This document shows positions 13,509-26,400 of a stretch of DNA of 64,000 bases, one piece after another. The translations under genes were made by a program, and so were the position numbers. How positions within the stretch are numbered: position 1 is the stretch's first letter; every line of letters begins with the position of its first letter. The notes beneath the pieces are model-generated. The model made no database searches. It saw only the letters and a program-made list of their open reading frames with translations, and was not told the origin of the DNA. Origin of the DNA: Tubulanus polymorphus (lineage: Eukaryota > Animalia > Nemertea); NCBI RefSeq assembly GCF_964204645.1, contig NC_134032.1, positions 6,312,275-6,376,274 of the forward strand. The letters are read 5' to 3'.

Positions 13509-13897
13509 AGGTCTTACAGGCATATTCGTGCTTTCACAACGCGACTACCCATTTGGTGGTCAGATGCAATATAAGTGATTCAGACATTTGAACCTTGAAT
13601 TGTACGTAAATCCCCTGATTATCTTGTGTTGTTACGTGCGGCAAGTCCCAAACACTGACAGGAAACAATAAGCTATAATGTCACGAGCCACACCCTCTGT
13701 GAAGTGTTCAAACATAAGATTTTGACTGGCTTAGTTATAACTTAAAATATATTAAGAAAAAAGAAGAAAACAATCGTTAGAATATTTAAAGCTTGTCAAA
13801 TTTATACAATTTCAAAAAGCTATATTTGTAAAAATGCAACCTGCACAAGCGCGTCTATATGGTGGCTGATAAGGGCCAAATGCATGAATCTTTACAC

Positions 13898-14417
13898 GAC
13901 CTCGATTATAGAAAAACGCAAAACGAAACCTGCAAACTACCGCGCAAAAACAAACTTTTGGTTTTTGCTAGGGCGCAAAAACGAAATATTATAGCGCAAA
14001 AACGAAAATATTAGTTTATGCTCTATGATTTTTCGTTTTTGCCCCATATATCCGTTTTTGCACCCTAGCAAAAAAGAACTTTCGTTTTTGCTCTATTGAA
14101 TTATTTACATATGACCTCGATTATCGAAAAATGCAAAACGAAAATCCATAGAGCAAAAAACAAAAGTTCGTTTTTGCTATGGCACAAAAACGAATTTTAC
14201 CGCGCAAAAACGAAAAATCATGGAGCAAAAACGAAAAGTAATGGAGCAAAAACGAATATTTTCGTTTTTGCGCTATAATATTTCGTTTTTGCACGTTAAG
14301 ATTCGTTTTTGCGGGGTAGCAAAAACGAAAGTTTGTTTTTGCTAGGGCATTTTTATTAACGAATTTAATTAAACGAATTTTATGGCGCAAAAACGAAAAA
14401 TAATAGAGTAAAAACAA
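13898..14417. repeat. Foldback array of GCAAAAACGAAA / TTTCGTTTTTGC units
   Basis: Many direct and inverted copies of the motif; two modules each start GACCTCGATTAT.GAAAAA.GCAAAACGAAA (13898, 14113). Confidence 0.8.
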
Positions 14418-14699
14418 GGGACGACGTCTTCAGTGGACACCGGATTAATTAAGATTAAGATAACGACGCCGCTTAAGAAATACAGTGGTGCGGAATGACA
14501 TCAATATTAACTTGTATAATCAATATTAACTCATAAATGAAATTCTGCGTAATTCTATCACCATTATACTCGAAATATGACGGAGAAACCGACGCACGAT
14601 GACATCAATAACCAAATTGGCCGGAATTACTTCAAAATGGCGCTGACACCTTAAACCGCTCCAACCATGATTACTTTATTATTACATATATACTTAACG

Positions 14700-14882
14700 T
14701 TTACGTTACGTTTGTTTTATTCATTTTTGCTTTAGTCGTTCGGATCTTTGGTTTTCCAAAAAAGAGTTAACCGAACATATTAGATCATTCATTTATCCTA
14801 GTGCACGACAGTACCACGGCCTTTGAAGCGTTTCCCGCACACAGTAAGCAGCCAACAGGATTCGAACCCGCATCACTCGGTA
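14700..14882 (-). mobile_element. 5'-truncated tRNA-derived SINE (same family as 46047-46268)
   Basis: Shares GTCGTT.GGATCTT..GG, CGGCCTTTGAAG.GTT.CCCG and GCAGCCA.CAGGA.TCGAACCC with the 46 kb copy; B-box on the minus strand. Confidence 0.65.
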
Positions 14883-15391
14883 GGTTTATTCTGAGAAATA
14901 TTGAACAAACGCACAATTTTTTGGTGGTTCTTTTGTCCGGGACTTTGTCGGCCTGGTGCCAGTGTTGCTTGTGCTGATAACTTGGTCAACGTTAGGACAG
15001 TTCAGTCATAGTCGTAGGCTGTATAGTATGGTTTTTCTCAAGAAAGGGGCGTGCGAGTTCATGACCAAAAATATTCATGACTATCTATGCCTAAAGGGCA
15101 GAATTATTTTTCCAAAAATTCCAATCTATATTACCAAAAATGTTCTAAGAAGGGCCAGGCACGACAAAATGATTGTCAAATATTCAAGAATGGGTACGTT
15201 CACATTGCCAAAAACCAAAAATAGTCAGAATTAATTTCCAAAAACTCCAAAGAGGTAAGGGTCCTGCTATAAAGAACGAAACGACGAAATAGGTAACGAA
15301 ACGAAACGAAACAAAATGCGCAAAAGTTCAAGCTCGTTATAACACCAACCACGGGAAGTTTGGCGGTACATGTAGATATTCTTTTGAAAGT

Positions 15392-15492
15392 ATTCAAGTC
15401 TATTCTCTTAAACTTTGGAGGGTTTTAAAAGTACCCCACAATTCAAGTCTATTCTCTTAAACTTTGGAGGGTTTTAAAAGTACCCCACAATT
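15392..15492. repeat. Perfect 49-bp tandem duplication
   Basis: ATTCAAGTCTATTCTCTTAAACTTTGGAGGGTTTTAAAAGTACCCCACA at 15392 and 15441, with ATT microhomology at the ends. Confidence 0.9.
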
Positions 15493-16247
15493 AGTGGAAA
15501 CAATTGCAGAATGTTCTCAAAACCAAATGAATACGCTGCACCATTCCCACGAACTCAGACGCGGTGAAGCATGGTGAAACGATACTCATCCTACACGTCG
15601 ATCATTTTACCGCTAAGCAACGTAGTGACAAGCAATTTGAAAAAAAAACATTCGTGGTTGCGAATCCCTTGCATATGACGTATCGATTATTAACATAACA
15701 GATGGGAAACGTCAATGGCAGTACGGCGAGAGTTTTATTCTAAGAGATAGGAATGGTGGTTTAATTGGCGTTCTGGCCGAGGGTGAGAGGTGTATAGCTA
15801 TTCACATACACGACTGATACCAAATGAACAATGCCCAAGGATCAAATTATTTACCAAAAGATCTTTTGGTCAAGAGACGGTCGCAAAGTATACATAATAA
15901 AAAATCTATCGGAATCTGTAGCGTGTGATCCTTTCCTCCATCGTGGATCAAACAACACGATTCGCTCAGCAACGTGAAAGTGGCCCGAACAGCGTATTTT
16001 CTAAAATGAGGATTTCCAGGAAACGAATAAAGAATATTTCGAATAAAGAAGCCAAAACACTCAAGCATACTTTAATTCTCTAATCCGTAATTCATTTATC
16101 CGTCACTTCAAGTAATATCTGAGCATGCGCAGATCATTCTCCCCGAGCAGGGATTCGAGCCCGAGTATCACTAGACTCGACCACGACACTAAGACCATGA
16201 TGGACAGCACTAGCGCCAGGCTCTTGTACAACATCACCAAGTGCTGT

Positions 16248-16690
16248 TCATCCGCCTTCCTTCCAGCTGTAGCCTTCAATGAGTTTACTCTCTTGGTAGC
16301 TCTGAGGATTATTTGGTTGACGTGCTACGTATGTGATATTCAGCTGGTGATCAAAGAATACACTCAAATCCCGGAGGGAGTCTTGATAATGGGATTGCAG
16401 TGTGAGCATATGTAGGCGACATGACTTCATTGGGCGGCCTCAAACATGTCTCACCATTGTAGCTCATGCCCTTCTCAATACAGTAGTAGAACACAATTTC
16501 CTTGGGGTGTATTCTCCAGAAGGACGTGGGTTGACATGGCTCTTTCATTAAACCGGCAGGCAGCTCGGGTTAACGGGAGTGTGTATATTTCGACCAGCAC
16601 TGGTGATCGGGGATCCTTGAGAGAAGCCAGTGTTGAGGTCTACCCAATCAGATCTCCACGTTTTCATCATACATCTCCTACTACTCAGGA
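16248..16690 (-). mobile_element. Highly decayed non-LTR (LINE) RT fragment
   Basis: Across frameshifts: WVDLNTGFSQGSPI/SPVLVEIYTLPL (resembles G.PQGSPLSP.LFNIY) and SLRDLSVFFDHQLNI (resembles YLGV.FD..L.F). Confidence 0.55.
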
Positions 16691-18024
16691 CTACCATTCC
16701 CCAAGAGCGATTATCATGGTAATGATCTAGAAATAGTGGTTTTTGATTTCGTAAATTGAGTTCCTTATTCATTTGATCAGTTGTTTTGATTTTATGCATA
16801 TTTGTAGCGCCCTTTACAAACCCACCAGTCACATCTGCCGGAAACAAAAGGGGGTTTGATTTTGAAATCGAAATTCCAAGTACAGATGTATATAGTTGGA
16901 TGATCACTTGAATGTAAGTTTTAATTCAAGTACCTAGTTGATAATTGAACATGATTTTACAACGAATATGCCATGATTTTCGAATCGCCGGGTCGTGTGA
17001 TGTTATCAGGATTAAATCCCTGCCAAGACACTGTTTTGAAAACTGTTAAGACAAATATTACTTCATAGGTTAAGAAGTATGATATGAGCTTTCTCTACTA
17101 ATGCATAGTAGCTTCATCAGGTAAATGAGTTAAAAGGTAGTACTGTGTAGGTTAACTAGATTTCAAAAGAAATCATGAGCTTTTGCTACTAGTTACGTAG
17201 CTTCATTGGGTAAGGAGTAGCTTCATCAGGTAAATGAGGAGGAGAAACAATAGTATTTATTAAGAGTGACTATGCACTACAGTGTTCCCCACAATAGGAT
17301 TTAGAGGGGAGATCACTCCTTTCATTTTTACATCCACCTCTCTGAAAATCAACCACCCCTTATAATATCCGCTACCACTAGTATATAGCAACCAAAATTA
17401 AGCTAAAGTTTCTGTATGTTAAGGAGATTGGAAGCCTTGCTACTTCAGCAGCCACAATGCCATACACTTAACGCCAGGTTTACATGACTCGTCTACAACT
17501 ATCAACTGCATTCAACTATGCATAGAGATGAACTCGGGTAAAGCGCGCATATATATGCATTGTACACATTTATTTCATTACATAATTATTTACACAATAT
17601 CATATATGTATATACATTTAATGATTAAAATTTTTATCCATTATTTTGTGTGAAGAGGTCAACTTGAGTTGATAAAATGATGTGCGTTTATATCGTATGA
17701 AGTAAATCACAGAATTAACAGCGTTTATCTAACACTTAACGAATTTGGAAATAATTATCAGGAAAAGAAGACTAAAGTCTTATTTGGTTCTATACTCACT
17801 GGAACTTCATTAAAAACATCATCATATCATCAAACTAAAATTTATGCTTACAAAGCTCAGTAAGAACATATCGGACAAATTGTTTTCTCGATAATTAAAG
17901 AAAACATTTTTATCCTGGGTGGCTATAAAACCCAAAGCACCCGATGCAGGGAAACACTGACCAGCCTAAGCTCATTTTGGTTACATACCCAATCTAACAA
18001 CTAAAGCCCAGTCCAAGACCATTT

Positions 18025-18115
18025 TAGTTGATGCCGATGGGCCCTTGGGGGATTCAAATATATACGAAAGATCAAGGTAATTGATCAAATCGTCTTAAAA
18101 TTTCCCTCAAAAAGA
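18025..18115 (-). repeat. Internal fragment of the Pearl/HINE family 1 element
   Basis: GATGGGCCCTTGGGGGATTCAAATATAT..GAAAGATCAAGGTAATTGATCAAA.CGTCTT.AAATTTCCCTCAAAA matches 40327-40405. Confidence 0.7.
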
Positions 18116-20111
18116 AGAGCTTGTCACGTCCCAAAAGGGCAATTTAATACCTAACAAAGGGCCATGGGTCTAGTAGGATCTACTCTGCTCATTAAGAATC
18201 GATTTGTTCTTAGATTGTGAAGATAAAGATGATGGTATACTGTAAAGATCTTGGTGCACTGGGTAGTATCAAAGCATGTTCAACTTTGAAGATATACATG
18301 GCAATGGGTTTTGCGCATGACTCACTAGCACATAACAGAACAATCAATAATATTTTCTTATGTGTGTCCTTAATGATGGTGTCACTGGGAAAAACCTTTG
18401 GTGTCCAACATTGAACTTGGATACTAAAGGGCTTTGCCAGTGATGTCATTATCAAGAAACAAGGTCAAGCACCCATAAGTAGAATGGAGAAAAATTCATT
18501 GAAATTTTGCACATTTTCTTCCAGTACTTCCAAACGGCTTAGAGCTGATGAACCAAACAAAACTTATGTTGACAAAATAAATAGGGGCGCTCAAAAATGT
18601 TGTTGCACTTTTGCAAGTCTCACAAGTCCCCCTGATTTAGTTGATAAGATGAAGAAAAAGAGCAACGATTGATTTATAGTAATCAGTACAAGTCGCGATT
18701 ACACAACACAATTATGATTATCTATGCGTCTACATGCAGAGTATTTCTACGGTATTGGCAATCATGAAATGATGTATCTATCAACAAGGTACCGGCAGCA
18801 CACAACAGGTGACAATACACTCTGGGCGAAGTTTCATTTATAGTGGACTCTTAGCGAACAAAGTGAAACCGAATGTCTGTAAGTCCGAACAATCATTCGT
18901 AAATATTGAGCCGGTCACTGTAGTTTGGACCTTGTTTCAAGATGGCCCATGGTGTGAAATGCGTTAAGACTGAACTACAATGGGTTGATTATCAGCTCCA
19001 ACCTCTAGTCGACTAACTGTGAAAACAGAAGTATGCAAGGGTGTTGTAGCCCGGCAGTTAAATGGTCGCCATGTAGGCAAGGGGTCGGTAGTTTGAATCT
19101 CGGATCTTAAAGGAAGTGAATACTGAATGAAATTTGAACTGGATTTTTAGCCCCCCAAATCAAAGTCATTGAATATAAGATGTAAGATGACTCTCACTCA
19201 ATGTATGGTATAGATTTCACTGAAAATTGATTTATATGAACTTACTTATCAGAAAATTCTAATTGATACCCAAAAGTGCAAGAGATAATTTAAAAATTCG
19301 AAACGGGCATACCCCCATAGTATTTCACTAATGTTTGACAGCTAATGCCATTTTTCAAAAGGGATACAAACTATTTATTAATAACATCAATATAATGCGA
19401 TGCCTTTTACTACAGTAAAGTCTGGTGCGGAGTAGATGCACAGAAAGGGTTAATTGAAATAGAGACGAAATTGAAGCGCAGTAACCGAGTAACTAGCAAA
19501 ACCTCACCTCCCACAGGAACAGTGCCGGTACCTCATTTAAACAAGTTCACTGTACAATTCTACATTGCAGTACCATGAGACAGCTTGTAGCCTAGTTTAA
19601 AATTTACACATACAAAAAAGACAACAAAATACAATTTCTTGATCAATTATTGCATATACTGGATAAAAGCGGGGTCAGATTGACGAAAGCAAAAATCTTT
19701 TGCATTTTTTTCACATCCTTACAATAAGCTTTTCACCAGGATTTTTCACAATCTTTTTTTTATACAAACATTTTCCAATTGCTCGCATATTTTCATATCT
19801 CGATACAATAACATAAGGGGTTACTGATCACAATCTGAACAGATAATCTTTAACACAACTTGTGCATAAATTCTGAGCTCTGTTGGATATGCAATAATGA
19901 GACAGGGATAGAAATATTCTGACGAGACACTTTTCTCAAAATATTTCTTACATTTCTTCTTACATTTCAAGATTTTTCAAATCACTTTTCAAAATTTGTC
20001 ATGAATTTTCGCATTTTTCGCGGCAATCTGACCCCTACACATTTAATTACATGGTTTATTCATGACTCTAAAATCATGACTCTAAAACCACAAGTTTTCG
20101 AGTCCATGGAT

Positions 20112-20449
20112 TTAAGATTTAAAATGATTTTGATGATCACTTTTCAACGGTAAAAATGCCTCCTCCTCGAGGAGGTCTATTTCTTCGTCGGTGTCTTGAG
20201 GCGCGTCATTTTTGTCGTTGCTCCAGATCTTGACAATGTTCTGTTGTTCTTCGATAGAAATACCGAAGCCTCCACTTGCGTATCCGGAGCCGATGACAGC
20301 ACCACCAGACGACGGCGACTCGTCGATGATAACGTCACTGCCAGCAGATGGCGTTGATGTTCGTTTGTCCGTTGTCATTGTTTTCTTATCCGGCCGATGA
20401 TTAAATCTGCTTTGGTCGATTTTTCCATTTTTCCGTTCGTAAAGTTTCC
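20112..20449 (-). CDS. Sulf1: Sulf coding exon 19 (last; C-terminal extension, stop)
   Basis: tttctgtag|GG AAA CTT..., phase 1 matches exon 18 and is in frame with ORF 20112..20378. No homology support for this exon. Confidence 0.7.
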
Positions 20450-23400
20450 CTACAGAAATACAACAAAAACATGCTACATTTCATTCTTCATTTAACGATT
20501 TGAAAAAGCTAGATCATTATTTCATTGACTACAAGCCACAAACAAATTAGGGTTAGTCCAATTTCCTAGAGGTGGGCCCAATGTTGCCCCAAGGTGCATG
20601 CGCCGATCTGCTAGACTTCTGAGTAAATCACCACCAAAAAATGAGTGATTCGAATAGGAGAGCTTTGCAGGTACTCTAACCACCTAAGGCCACAATTCAA
20701 CTTTGCTACTATACATAGCCTAACAAATCATAACGCATAATCATACCCTAACTCTTACTCTTTGGACCCTAAATCCGGTTGAAAAAGCCACCATTTTGAT
20801 TTGTTAAATGAGCCCTGACTTCTCAGACCCACATCTAGGAAATAGGAATATAGCCATAAATTATCTGAAAACCAGATTATGTTTGGCTACCGATACTTCT
20901 GTTTGGGAACAACAACTTCTGGTCGACACTAGACTACTAAAATAGATTAGACAAAAAAAATATTGGGATAAAAACATTTGCAATTCAAAAGCCAAGGGGC
21001 GTTATCTTAGAGGTGATTTCATTGCTCCAGACCACTGCTCAGAAAGCAGGCTTTAGTGTGACTTTTTTACACGCAGTCACAAGTGATTGACATTCTGACT
21101 ATCAATAACACACAGAAGAAAACAACAACAAACTAGGGGACACCATGCCCACTTGGGAAGTGGTTCCAAATGCTCAACAATCTAACAATTTCAATATTCA
21201 ACACCCCCTGGTGACCATATACAGAATCCAATGACCTTGAAACTCACCACAATCATAGAACATGTCAGCAGCTACGATTTTGTAATTGATTGTGATAACA
21301 AAATATGCCTCGTTACCACTTTAATATGGAAATACTAACTTATTCTACTATTCAACGCACCGTGGTGACCATATAGAATAACTAATGGCCTTAAAACTTG
21401 CCACAATCATAGATGATGTCATGAGCTACAACTTTGCAATTGATTGAACTTTGCAAAATATGCATTCATACGAATATAATATAGAAATACTAAGATATTG
21501 CATTATTCAACGCCCCCTGGTGGCCATATACAAAAACCAATGAACTTGAAACTCACTACAATCATAGAACACGTTATGTGCTACAACTTTCTAAATGATT
21601 GTGGTAACAAAGTACGCTTAGGTATCAATATAATGTGGAAAAACTTTTTCCCACTTACGAATGAGTACTGCTGACACCAAGATGGCCGCCAATTGCGTCA
21701 TAATTGGCAGATGAAAAATTACAATTTATGGAACTAAAATTTGTATTTCCAAGTAGTACTTACCCTTTCCTATGGTTTTTGCCAATATTTTCTAAATTTG
21801 GATTGATCGCCAATGGTTTTTCTATACGACCCGGCCCTGCGGTATTGCATTTAGCCACCGGTGAAATCCGCTATCTTTTTACGTCATAGCAGACCAAAAA
21901 AAAAACAGCTATGCGGGGCAGGTGGGCGGGATTCCCACCATAGGAAAGGGTAAGTACTACTCGGAAATACAAATTTTAGTTCCAAAAATTGTAATATTTC
22001 CGTCGAGTACTGTACCCTTTCCTATGGTTTTTGCTAGACTAGCCTAGCACAAGGATGGTGGGAAAGGTAGATAGAAAAACCACCGCTCAAACGCAAGGTA
22101 AGAGAGCACTTACCCAAGCACGGAATGGAGCACTGTAGCACAGGGAAGACCGGTTGGCCACAGTGAGTCCATCCAGCTCAGGGGCCCCCCCAGAATTTTG
22201 CGAAATTAATACTTGCAGATATGAGCCCAAACTATGTACAAGGATACACCCCCGTGATCCTGATAATGCAACATAAATATTCTACACTAAAGGGTCCGAT
22301 CGGAAAGAACGGACACCTTGAGCCATGACAACAGGGCCAAGTGAAGCTAATGAGCCTAACTGGCCTGAAACATCCCGTAAATAAAATGACGTGAATGTCG
22401 ATGGAGAATTCCAAAAGGCGGCCCGACAGACTTCCTCCAACGGAGCACCCGAAAAGGCTGCGCAGGAAGTAGCCATAGACCTCGCTTGATGAGAAACCAC
22501 TCCCTCCGAGGAAAGATTCTCCTTCAATAAAATGTCCTTGATCAGTGAAGAGACCCATCGGGCCACTGTGTCCCCCGAAATATCACCCTTTAGGTGATCC
22601 AGCAGCGGAATAAATAACCGCTCCCGTGAACCCCTCCGTGAAGCAGAGCGATCTAAATAGAAACACAATGCCCGCACAGGACATAAAGTCCTGTCCGGGA
22701 TGCCCGGTTCCACTCAATGTTTTAGGGCTTCAATTCGCCATTGACGCCCAACCGAGCCTGGTCGTTGGTTCTTTGCCAAAAATTCCAAAGCAGGCCGCAG
22801 CGAAACAAATTCCTTCGCTGGCCCAAAGACAATATGACCTTGTCGGACTGAAAGCGCATGAATCTCAGAGCGACGGGCCGAGCAAGCCAAGAATAGCAAA
22901 AATACAGTCTTTTTTGACAAGTTTGCAAATGACGCTGCCGAAAGAGGTTCAAATGGAGCCTCCATTAACTTCTTCAAAATTACAGACAGATCCCATGGTG
23001 GAACTGTCCTTGGTACCCGATGCCGGGAAATAGAAAACCCTGCAACCAGCTGGGATATCCGATGATCCCCTGCTACATTTGGCCATCCAGAAGCACGCAA
23101 TGTATGAGAAATCGCGGAGCGGTAACCTTTAATAGTTATGACCTGCAAACCTTTTACTACAAATAGGTGCAGTAAAAAATCTGCCAATTGAGCTACAGAG
23201 GGTGAGCATGGATCAATTTCCCCTGCAGCACACCAATCCGCAAAATGACTCCATTTGGCATCGTAAATGGTACTTGTTGATGGCCGCTTAGATCCTGCGA
23301 TAAAGGAGGCAGCCTGTTCTGAAAAGCCTGAAGCTGACAAGGATCGCTGGACAATGGCCAGGCGAGCAGATTTAACCACTAGCTGTTTGGATGATGCCGA

Positions 23401-26400
23401 AAGTTCCCCTGAGACAGAAGCGATGGGAAATTCGGAAGAATCCTGGGGTTGTCGCACAGTAGGTTGAGAAGTGGTAGGAACCATTTCTGAGCCGGCCAAC
23501 ATGGTGCTACCAGAACTATGTTGCAATTGACTGATCTCTCTATTTGATCCAGTAAGCGCGGCAGGACTGGTGTGGGCGGGAACGCATACGCATGCATCCC
23601 CGACCAGTCCAGAGAGAAGGCATCGACCCCCCACGCTTCCGCGTCTGGAAACAGGGACACTAACAGAGGACACCTCCGATTGAACCGGGTGGCAAACAGA
23701 TCCAGCAGCGGATTGCCAAACATGCCCCGAACCCGATCGGCTACTTCTTGTTGGAGAACCCATTCTGTCGCAATAGCCTGACCTCGACGAGACAGAGCAT
23801 CGGCCATCACGTTCCTTTTCCCTGCTAAATGTGCCACAGTCAGGGACACGCCCTTTGTCTGGCACCAGAATTTTGGCCGACAGACCTGTGAGGGTTTCTG
23901 AGTGAGTGCCCCCTTGGTTCTGAAGGTAAGCCCTCACTGTTGAATTGTCTGTGGCTAACCAAACGTGGTGGCCCTCCACTCTCCTGTGAAAGAACTTCAG
24001 GGCCTTTCACATGGCCAGCATTTCTAGGAAATTTATGTGGTTGGTGGCCTCGTAGCGAGACCATCTCCCGGCTTTGACTCGGTTCTCCAGATGTGCCCCC
24101 CATCCTTGGTGACTGGCATCCGTGAATACACGAACTGGAGCCTCTAACGGGGCTAGTGACACCCCGAGCCGAAGATTCGTAGTTGCCGCCCACAACTGAA
24201 GATCCGGACTTAGATCGGTTGGAGGTACGGGAATCTAGGTCTCCCAGTTGCCCTTCAACTGAGACCAGAAGACCTTCCAATATTGTTGCAAGCGCCTGCT
24301 TCTGAGGCAGCCTAAGGGCACCACCAGACCCATGGAGCTGATGGAGCCTAGAAGCCGTGACCAGTAACGAGCTGTTTTGGGGTTGTTGACACTCCCGCTA
24401 CAGCTTCTTGAAGTTTGGCTACTCGAACCATAGACGGAAAGACTTTGCCGATTCGGAGATCGAAGTCCATTCCGAGATAAGTGAACTGTTGGGCCGGCGT
24501 CAACTGAGATTTTTCCCTGTTTACGCGGAACCCGCGACTATTAACCAGTCGTCGAGGTAAACAGTCGAACACCCCTTGACTGAAGTACCTTCTGAACTGA
24601 CTTGACCAACTTGGTGAAAACCCACGGGGCCGTACTGAGGCCAAATGGAAGAGACCTGAATTGGAACTGGCGGCCTTTCCACTTTATCCTGAGAAATCGC
24701 CGAGATTTTGGGTGAATTGGAACCTGAAAGTAAGCATCTTTCAGGTCCAATGAAGCCGCCCATTGACCCGGACGGAGCCCTTGAATCACGTCCTTGGGCT
24801 TGGTCATCTGGAACCTTGGAATGTCTAGGTGCCGATTGAGGGATGACAGATCTATCACTGTCCGTTGACCCCCTGTGGCCTTTGGTACCATGAATATTCG
24901 AGAAAACCAGCCGGGAGAAGTTTCGTTGCAAACTGGTTCTATCGCTCCCTTCTCGGCCAATTCCTTGAGAGCCGGAGAGATTAAGGCCTCCTGACCTGGT
25001 TTTGGCCGCATGTCGGGAGGTGACCTCATCAGGCGCGGTCGCCTTAGGAAACGGAGACGGAAGCCACGAGAGACGACCCGGGAGGGCCAACCGTCTCCAA
25101 AAAGGTCGGACCAGTGGGTCGCTGCCTGCTGCAGACAACCTCCCACTGGTCCCAAGAATTCATTTCGAGTTTTTCCGAACGGAAGAGCCCCTTTTTGGAG
25201 CCTTCCCCTTGCCTCGATACGAACCAGAACTGTTACGACCGGACGAGGCTTGACACGATTGTTGAAGTTGCGCGCTAGTTCTCCAACCGGCATCCGAAGC
25301 CGCCTGAGAAAGCGCTGAAGTTTGAGATGGTCCTGTTTGCGTCCGTGCCGAACCTTGCGCCGCCGGCGTCGGACCAGAACGCTTTTTCCACGGAGTTCGG
25401 GGGTTGGACTTGGCCTGAACCTCCCGAATCTTCCTCAGCTCTGCGGAAACCGGAGCGCACCAACCGGAGAAGAGACGTGAAGACGTCCCCAATGGGGCTC
25501 TCAGCAAAGCATTGTACACCATATCCGGTAGACGAGCTTTGGAACTGGAGTCCATCACTGACTGACGGGAGGCTAACACAAGATTAGCCCGACCCCGAAC
25601 CGACAACGGAATTACATGCGAAACAGACGAAGCCAAAGATTGGATAATCCGGTCCATTCCCTCCAGTTTTAGGGCAACTGACTCTGGGTCGGAGCCCACA
25701 TGAACAGGGGCGTGAGTTTCGCGAAGCTCACCCGTCAACACCTTAAGTGCCATATCTTGAAACGAACCAACCCTGGTAAGATTGTCCAGGATTGACGTCA
25801 TGGCCACCAAACCGGACTTAGGCAAACGCATACCCGACTGTGCTGTAACAGTATCTGGGCTGATCAAAGTATAATCAGCATCCAGGCAGTTATGACTGTG
25901 ATCAATTTCCCAGATTTCATACCCCGTTCTGGAGGGGGAAATGAAAATGTTCCAGGCCGACATTCACCCCATAATTGCGTATCCAATCGAGCCCATTCTC
26001 TCGAAACCGCTGACGATTCCCGTAAAACGTTAAGATCGGAGTCCGGAGGGCGATAAGCTTCCATTGACTCACCGACCAGAGGAGCTGCTGTGGGCTTAGC
26101 GCGAGTTGCCCTGTGCTTGACAAAGAACTCACTTATCATCGCTCTAAATGGCATGTCCCCCGCTGGTTGGATAAAACTGAACGGGACGGAGATATATTGC
26201 GAGCCAGGGAAGCCCCCATCGTCTGGGGCAACCCACAATTGCTCGCGACAGGAACGACCCCAGAAGGAATTGCCGCTTCTGGGACCGGATCCTCATTGAA
26301 ATCGGACCCTACCGCAGCATCCAGGAATTCAGAGTCAGAATTCCGAAGAACTGAGTGGGCTGGCGAACTTCTAACCGGACAATCAGGAATAGGCTTACCT

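Noticed and set aside
19037-19105. tRNA-like sequences (also ~16140-16220 and ~55436-55500)
   Set aside because: Only degenerate A/B-box remnants with no cloverleaf; at most old SINE heads.
19374-19379. AATAAA (minus strand) as the Sulf polyadenylation signal
   Set aside because: The position is plausible, but the hexamer is common in this AT-rich DNA and cannot be supported without transcript data.
21704-21889. Shared peptide [19 protein letters not shown] in ORFs 21704+ and 27482-
   Set aside because: Translation of the two DIRS ITRs, not a gene.
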